From: a bacterium
Lineage (GTDB): Bacteria > Sysuimicrobiota > Sysuimicrobiia > Sysuimicrobiales > Kaftiobacteriaceae
NCBI GenBank assembly: GCA_036004445.1
Contig: DASYRL010000012.1
Location: 23,853 to 87,852, forward strand
DNA length: 64,000 nt
Direction of reading: 5' to 3'
Shown here: positions 58,456 through 64,000 of the stretch, one piece after another
Layout: every line of letters starts with the position of its first letter
Numbering within the stretch: the stretch's first letter is position 1
The notes under the pieces: generated by a model
What the model saw: the letters and a program-made list of their open reading frames with translations, nothing else
Databases searched by the model: none
Told to the model about the DNA's origin: nothing
Position numbers and translations under genes: made by a program

Positions 58456-60828
58456 ATGCGCCGGCCCCTCGTCTGGTTCGCCATCGCGTTTGCGGCGGGG
58501 ATCGCCGTCGCCCGCTGGACGTTGCTCACCAGCTTCGCCTGGCTGGCGCTGGCCGGCGCGGCCTGCGGCCTGGCGCTGATCCGGCTGCGGGCGGGCCGGT
58601 CTGCGGTAGTGCTCTTGCTCGTCGCGGCGTGGACCGCCGGGGGCCTGTGGTCCTCGCTTGATCGTTTCGCCGCATCGGTCGATCCATTCGCCGGGTTGAT
58701 GGGCCTCCCGGTCACCGTCGAAGGCCTGATCGTCCGCCCGCCGCAGGTCCTTACCGGAGCGCTGCGGAGGCGGACCCGCCTCACCGTCACCGTCGATCGG
58801 GTGGATCGTCTCCATCACGGTCCTCGCGGCACACTCCTCATCACACTCACGGACCGGCGGGCGTTCGCCTACGGCGACCGCATTCGGGCGCACGGTCGGC
58901 TGTATCGCCCGCCGCCGGCCGGGAATCCGGGTGAGGTGTCCTACCGCGATGCGTTGCGATCGGCGGGGATCGACGCCGCGATGACGGTGCGCCGCGGCGC
59001 CGACGTCCGGCTCATCTCAAGAGGCGGGGGAAATCCAATTCTCGCGGCCGCGTACGGCCTGCGGGCGCGTCTGACCGCGTTCATGCACGGTGGCCTCCCT
59101 GAACCCGAAGGAGCGCTGCTGTCCAGTCTGCTGCTCGGCGACGACGGCGCCATCGCCCCGTCGCTGCGCGAGGCGTTTCGCAGTGCGGGGCTGCTCCACG
59201 TCCTTGTCGTGTCCGGCGCCCAGGTCGCGCTGGTTGTCGGCAGTATCCTGTGGGTCGGCCGTCTCGTGCGCGCGCCGCCACGACCGGCGGCCGTCGCCGC
59301 GGCGGGCGCGGTGGCATTCTTCGCGCTGATGACCGGATGGGTCCCGTCTGTGGGACGGGCGACGGTGATGGCGCTGGTGGGCGTGGCCGCGTCTCTGTTG
59401 CGGCGCGATCGCGACGCCTACACGTCGCTGGCCGCCGCCGCGCTCGTCCTGTTGATCGCGGAACCGGCGCTGCTGGCCGACCTGGGTTTCCAGCTCTCGT
59501 TTGCCGCGACATGGGGCCTGCTGTACGTCGCCCCCGCGCTCGCCGGCCGGATCGCGGCGGGTCCGCGCTGGCTGCGGGCGCTGGTCAGCATGACGGTGGG
59601 GGCGCAGCTGGCCGTGCTCCCGCTGCTGGCGTACCACGTCGGGCGGATCTCCGTGGCCGGCTTCATCGCCAACCTGCTGGTGGTGCCGATCGTCGGCGTG
59701 CTCGTCCCGGTGGGCTTCGCCGCCGCGGCCGTGGGCCTGGCCACGCCGGTGGTGGGCGGCGCGGCGCTGGCCGTCCTGCGCCCTCTGCTGACCGTGCTGA
59801 TGTCCACGGCCGAGTTCTTCGGCCGGACGCCGGGGGCCACGATCGCCATCGTCCCGCCGGATGTGCTGACCACAGCCGGCCTCTACGCCGTCTTGGTGGC
59901 GGCGACCGAAGTGGTGCGCGGTGCGATCCGACTCACACCGCCGCGCCTGGTGACTGGCTGCTGCGCGGTGGTGGCTGCCGTGTTGTGGATGCAGGCGGCG
60001 GCCGCGTCACCGGGGCGGCTGGTCATCACCGTGCTCGACGTCGGCCAGGGCGACGCGATCCTGGTGCAGTCCCCCGGCGGCGCATCCCTGCTGATCGACG
60101 GCGGGGGCGACATCGAAGGCCGGCCCAGCGGGTACGACGTGGGGGCGCAGCGGGTGGTGCCCGCGCTGCGCCGGCTGGGCGTCCGCGCCCTCGACGTCGT
60201 CGTGCTCTCGCATCCCCATGAGGACCACGCCGGAGGACTGGTCGCCGTCCTGAAGAACTTCAGGGTGGGTCTGGTCCTGGATGCGGGCGTGCCGCACCCG
60301 GCGCCGGGATACGTGGCCCTGCTGCGGTGGATTGAGCACACGAAAATCCCGTACCGGTTGGCCCGGCGCGGGATGCGCCTCGACCTGGGAGACGGAGTAT
60401 CGGTGACGGTCCTGCATCCCGAAGAGCCGCTACTGCTGGGAACCGGTTCAGATCCGAATCTCAACAGTGTGGTGTTGCGCGTGACCTACGGTCGGCTCAG
60501 CGCGCTGTTCGCTGGGGATCTGGAGGCGCCGATCGAGTGGAAGCTGCTGGCCGACGGTGACGACCTCCGCAGCGCCGTCCTCAAGGTCGGCCACCACGGC
60601 AGTGCGACGAGCTCGAGACCTGAATTTCTCGATGCCGTTCGTCCCACGGTGGCCGTCATCTCGGTGGGCGCCTGGAATCCGTTCGGCCACCCCCACCGGT
60701 CCACGCTCGACGCCCTGGATGAAGCGGGGGCGGTAGTGTATCGAACCGACCGACACGGCGCCGTGACGATCACGACCGACGGAAACCGGCTGTGGGTCCG
60801 GACCGTTCGTGATGCGAGCGATCGTTGA
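58456..60828 (+). CDS. comEC: DNA internalization competence protein ComEC/Rec2 (with C-terminal metallo-beta-lactamase domain)
   Basis: Competence domain LLHVLVVSGAQVALV; MBL motifs DVGQGDAILV, LSHPHEDHAGGL, VGHHGS. Confidence 0.9.
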   Translation: MRRPLVWFAIAFAAGIAVARWTLLTSFAWLALAGAACGLALIRLRAGRSAVVLLLVAAWTAGGLWSSLDRFAASVDPFAGLMGLPVTVEGLIVRPPQVLTGALRRRTRLTVTVDRVDRLHHGPRGTLLITLTDRRAFAYGDRIRAHGRLYRPPPAGNPGEVSYRDALRSAGIDAAMTVRRGADVRLISRGGGNPILAAAYGLRARLTAFMHGGLPEPEGALLSSLLLGDDGAIAPSLREAFRSAGLLHVLVVSGAQVALVVGSILWVGRLVRAPPRPAAVAAAGAVAFFALMTGWVPSVGRATVMALVGVAASLLRRDRDAYTSLAAAALVLLIAEPALLADLGFQLSFAATWGLLYVAPALAGRIAAGPRWLRALVSMTVGAQLAVLPLLAYHVGRISVAGFIANLLVVPIVGVLVPVGFAAAAVGLATPVVGGAALAVLRPLLTVLMSTAEFFGRTPGATIAIVPPDVLTTAGLYAVLVAATEVVRGAIRLTPPRLVTGCCAVVAAVLWMQAAAASPGRLVITVLDVGQGDAILVQSPGGASLLIDGGGDIEGRPSGYDVGAQRVVPALRRLGVRALDVVVLSHPHEDHAGGLVAVLKNFRVGLVLDAGVPHPAPGYVALLRWIEHTKIPYRLARRGMRLDLGDGVSVTVLHPEEPLLLGTGSDPNLNSVVLRVTYGRLSALFAGDLEAPIEWKLLADGDDLRSAVLKVGHHGSATSSRPEFLDAVRPTVAVISVGAWNPFGHPHRSTLDALDEAGAVVYRTDRHGAVTITTDGNRLWVRTVRDASDR

Positions 60829-61024
60829 CCGGATCGAAGAGGATGTTGCCGTCCTCATCTTTGAGGACGGCGGGCGGGCCTACGTGCCCGCGGCCCACCT
60901 GCCGGCGGGAGCGGGGGAGGGAACAGTCCTGCGCCTGTCGTGGACCGTCGACAGCAGCGGCGCGGCGGAGGTGTCCGAGATGATCGAGCGGCTCCGAGCC
61001 CGGACGGAGGAGCATCTGGAGTGA
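60809..61024 (+). CDS. DUF3006-family small protein
   Basis: MMRAIVDRIEEDVAVLIFEDGG...LPAGAGEGTVL pattern; overlaps comEC 3' end. Confidence 0.55.
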   Translation: MMRAIVDRIEEDVAVLIFEDGGRAYVPAAHLPAGAGEGTVLRLSWTVDSSGAAEVSEMIERLRARTEEHLE

Positions 61025-62022
61025 ATCCCCCTCGCGCGAAGCCCCAGCCATCGCCCGCGGTCCATCTCCTGGTCGGAGAGGAAGATCTGCTGGTGGAGCA
61101 GGCGCTGGCCGAACTGCTTGACGCGGTGATCCCTGCCGCCGACCGTGCCCTCAACCTCGATGTCGTCCGCGCGGACGAAGCGCCGATCGACGACATCATC
61201 ACCCGCGTGGATACGCTGCCGTTCTTCGGGGCCCACCGGGTCGTCGTGGTCAGGGACGCCGACCGGTGGAATGCGGCCGATCAGGAACGGCTGGCCGCCT
61301 ACCTCGATCACGGACCGCCGCCGTCGGTCCTCATCCTGGTGGCGGGGGCTTTGGATCGGCGGCGGAAGCTGTTCTCCGCGGTCAAACGAGCGGGCAGCGT
61401 GCGCGAGTTCCCCCGCCTGAAGACCTACCAGCTCGCGTCCTGGGTAAGCGGCCGTGCGAAGCAGCAGGACCGCGCCATCGACCGGGACGCCGCGGACGCG
61501 CTGGTCGCCCTCGTCGGATCGGGACTGCGCCAGCTGGCCCTGGAGCTGGACAAGGTCGTTGCTTTTGCCGGCGATCGTCCGCGCGTCACCCGCGCCGATG
61601 TGGAGGCCGCGGCGAGCCGGCGGGCCGAGACGACCATCTTCCATCTCGTGGACGCGGTCGGCGAACGCCGGACCGAGCGGGCGCTGCGCCATCTCGTGGA
61701 CATCCTTGCCGAGGAGGCGCCGCCGTACGTGCTGTTCATGATTGCGCGGCAGTTTCGTCTGCTGCTGCGGGCCCGTTCGCTGCAGGCGCAGAGACGGGAG
61801 GGGGCGGCGCTGCAACGCGCGCTGGGCGTGCCGCCGTTCCTCGTCGAGCGCGTCCTGGCACAGGCGCGGAACTTCCCTCTCGAAGTGTTCCCGGCGATCT
61901 TCGCGCGGCTCCAGGACGCCGACCGCGCCGTCAAGAGCACCGGCCATCCGGATCTCGCGCTGGAAACCCTCGTGGTCGAACTATGCGAGGAGAAGATAAC
62001 TATCGCGCAGTCGTCCGCTTGA
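61021..62022 (+). CDS. holA: DNA polymerase III delta subunit
   Basis: HolA-like N-terminal LLVGEEDLLVEQAL, central and C-terminal helical domains; GTG start overlapping the previous stop (GTGA); start uncertain. Confidence 0.8.
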   Translation: MNPPRAKPQPSPAVHLLVGEEDLLVEQALAELLDAVIPAADRALNLDVVRADEAPIDDIITRVDTLPFFGAHRVVVVRDADRWNAADQERLAAYLDHGPPPSVLILVAGALDRRRKLFSAVKRAGSVREFPRLKTYQLASWVSGRAKQQDRAIDRDAADALVALVGSGLRQLALELDKVVAFAGDRPRVTRADVEAAASRRAETTIFHLVDAVGERRTERALRHLVDILAEEAPPYVLFMIARQFRLLLRARSLQAQRREGAALQRALGVPPFLVERVLAQARNFPLEVFPAIFARLQDADRAVKSTGHPDLALETLVVELCEEKITIAQSSA

Positions 62023-62236
62023 GCAGTCTCGACTTCTTCCGTGCGGCGGTGTTCTTGTGGATGATGCCCTTCCGTGCGGCCCGGTCCAGGGCGGCAATCG
62101 CGAGGGCGACCGCGTCGGGCTGCTCGGCCGCCTGCCGCGCCACGGTCTTCAGGTGGGACTGGACACCCTGGTTGCGCAGCCGGCGTCTCACCGACTGCCG
62201 TTTTCGCTTTAACCCAGACTTGGATCGTTTTGCCAC
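62000..62236 (-). CDS. rpsT: 30S ribosomal protein S20
   Basis: MAKRSKSGLKRKRQSVRRRLRNQ...KTV...KKSRL, 78 aa. Confidence 0.88.
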   Translation of the reverse strand: MAKRSKSGLKRKRQSVRRRLRNQGVQSHLKTVARQAAEQPDAVALAIAALDRAARKGIIHKNTAARKKSRLLKRTTAR

Positions 62237-62293
62237 AGCGGCTCCTCACTCGATGCGCGGCATTCGGACCTGGGCTATCCTATCACAGCGCTG

Positions 62294-63892
62294 ATGGCGG
62301 AACAAGGGACGCACAGATTGGGTGGGCTCGCCAGAGCCGCGACGCTCATGGCCGCCGCGACCGTGGCCAGCCGCCTGCTCGGCGTCGCCAGGGAGATCGT
62401 CGCCGCCGCATTGTTCGGCGCCAGTAACGACAAGGCCGCGTACGTCATCGCGTACTACGTGCCCTTCTTCGTGCAGCGCCTCCTGCTCGGCGGGACCCTC
62501 AGTATCATCTTCATCCCGACCATCAGCCGATACCTCGCCCGCGGCGACGACGACGGGGCGCGGCGGCTGTCGGGCTCGCTGTTCACCCTCGTCCTGCTGG
62601 GCGGCATCGGCATGGTGGCGGTGGGGGAACTGGCTGCCCCGCTGCTGGTCCGGATCGCCGCTCCGGGGTTTGCGGCGATCCCCGGAATGACCGCGACAGC
62701 GATTGCCCTGACGCGCATCATCTTCGTGGCGATGCTGTTCCTCGCGCTCTCCCTGTTTGTGACTGGGTTCCTCCAGGCCCACCATCAATTCACGATCCCC
62801 GCCGTGTCGCCGCTGCTGTTCAACCTGGTTATTATCGGAGGCACACTCGTGCTCGGTCCCCGGATCGGCATCGCCGGGCTGGCGCTCAGCTGGATCCTCG
62901 GCACCGCCGCGCAGTTCGCGGTGCAGCTGCCCGCGGCGCGAGCGCTGGGGTTGGGGTTCCGCGCGGCAGACATCCACCATCCGGCGGTCCGGGAGATTGC
63001 CCGGCTCGCGGTGCCGGCGATCCTCGGACTGGCCGTCGTGGAGATCAACGCTTACGTCGGCCGTTTCTTCGCTTCCCTGCTTCCGGCAGCGAGCGCGGCC
63101 AGCCCGATTGCGGTGCTCGACTATGCTTATGAGGTGGTGCAGGCACCGGCCGGCATCTTCGCGATCTCGATCGCGACGGCAATCTTCCCCCTGCTCTCCC
63201 GGCACGCCGCCTCCGGAGCGTCTGACGATCTCCGGGCCACGGGGTCACTGGGACTGCGCACCATGCTGGTCGCGATCCTACCCGTGACCGCGGGAATTCT
63301 TGCGCTGGCTGCCCCGCTGGTCGCGCTCGTCTTCCAACGGGGAGAGTTCGGCTCCGCGGCCACGGCCGCCGTCAGCGCGACCATGACCGCCTACGCCGTC
63401 GGGCTGCCGGCGATCGGAGCGTATTATGTCGTGACGCGGACGTACTACGCACTCCACGACATGGCGACGCCCGTGCGCGTCGGAGTGGGCATGGTCGCCC
63501 TGAACGCCGTCCTCGACTACCTGCTCATGCGAATCTTCGGAGTTGCCGGAATCGCGCTTGCGACCTCACTGGTAGCTACCATAAATATCGGAACGCTGCT
63601 GTGGCTGCTCCGCCGCCGCCTCGCGGGGATTGATGGAGTGCGGCTGGTCCGGACAGTCCTGCGTGCGGGGACAGCGGCTGGGGCGGCCGGCGCGGTGATG
63701 GTGGCGACGTCGGCCGCGCTGCGCGGGGTGATCGGCGGGGGACCTCTGTCGGCGCTCGCCATCCAGGTCGGCGGCGCGGCGGTGGCCGGGCTGGCGGCGT
63801 ACGTCGCGGCGTGCGTGCTGCTGCGGGTGGACGAACTGCGGACGATCCGGGACCTGCTGCGCGGCCGGCAGGCGCCAGACGCGTCGCGTTGA
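62294..63892 (+). CDS. murJ: lipid II flippase MurJ (MviN)
   Basis: N-terminal ASRLLGVAREIVAAALFGAS...YYVPFFVQRLL and 14-TM length. Confidence 0.9.
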   Translation: MAEQGTHRLGGLARAATLMAAATVASRLLGVAREIVAAALFGASNDKAAYVIAYYVPFFVQRLLLGGTLSIIFIPTISRYLARGDDDGARRLSGSLFTLVLLGGIGMVAVGELAAPLLVRIAAPGFAAIPGMTATAIALTRIIFVAMLFLALSLFVTGFLQAHHQFTIPAVSPLLFNLVIIGGTLVLGPRIGIAGLALSWILGTAAQFAVQLPAARALGLGFRAADIHHPAVREIARLAVPAILGLAVVEINAYVGRFFASLLPAASAASPIAVLDYAYEVVQAPAGIFAISIATAIFPLLSRHAASGASDDLRATGSLGLRTMLVAILPVTAGILALAAPLVALVFQRGEFGSAATAAVSATMTAYAVGLPAIGAYYVVTRTYYALHDMATPVRVGVGMVALNAVLDYLLMRIFGVAGIALATSLVATINIGTLLWLLRRRLAGIDGVRLVRTVLRAGTAAGAAGAVMVATSAALRGVIGGGPLSALAIQVGGAAVAGLAAYVAACVLLRVDELRTIRDLLRGRQAPDASR

Positions 63893-64000
63893 CACCGTCT
63901 TTGAGCGGGTGGTATCGTGGACGAAAGGTGCTTAGCACTCTTTGGCGGTGAGTGCTAACGATGAAACCCCGATGAGAGTACTGGACGGTCGCAAGACCGC

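Noticed and set aside
62246-63205. 319-aa minus-strand ORF
   Set aside because: Antisense to murJ.
63930-63960. Hairpin ttagcactc-N9-gagtgctaa after murJ as a riboswitch or terminator
   Set aside because: Short stem, no U-tract and no conserved riboswitch motif recognised. The following ORF is cut by the window end, so function is not assessable.

Overview
Contig from a ~70% GC bacterium. Phylum is uncertain: the T-box leader, GerW/YtfJ, ComEC-DUF3006-HolA and a class I LysRS are compatible with high-GC Firmicutes-like, Chloroflexi-like or a candidate phylum. Most ORFs in the six-frame track are antisense artefacts of the GC bias. I kept only the frame carrying recognisable family motifs, a signal peptide, or an RBS.

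Housekeeping content: malic enzyme (5' partial), pfkA plus a LacD-family aldolase, gdhA, folD-folC-class I lysRS (start/stop overlaps), an EF-G paralog, dnaG-rpoD, ahcY, thrS with a T-box leader, dtd, comEC-DUF3006-holA, rpsT, murJ. tRNA-Tyr(GTA), tRNA-Gly(TCC) and tRNA-Val(GAC) are present.

Accessory content: a two-domain multicopper oxidase flanked by two inverted paralogous NarL-type response regulators; a GAF histidine kinase; an FAD oxidoreductase / class II aldolase fusion / Zn-ADH cluster; a ferritin-VIT1 transporter; a free-standing LAGLIDADG homing endonuclease in a low-GC patch next to two tRNAs; an S8 protease; carbamate kinase beside a DapB-like amine dehydrogenase; a GT4 + GT39 pair; two ABC importers without ATPase genes; a pentameric ligand-gated ion channel homolog in an operon with a secreted protein, convergent with a membrane GGDEF cyclase.

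The most unusual non-genic signal is two families of intergenic structured repeats. (1) At least 9 loci carry hairpins whose arms are tandem arrays of 7-9 nt units (GTGACTCG, GTGAATCG, CAGTCTNCC/GGTAGACNG, GGAAACG, GGGAACNG, GGGATCAR). Several run into start or stop codons, one supplies the stop codons of both flanking genes, and one sits inside the T-box leader. (2) A 32-nt REP-like hairpin, CC[C/A]TGAACC-N14-GGTTCA[G/T]GG, occurs three times with a compensatory stem change; two copies share the CCA end of a tRNA. No CRISPR array, rRNA, transposase or integrase was found.
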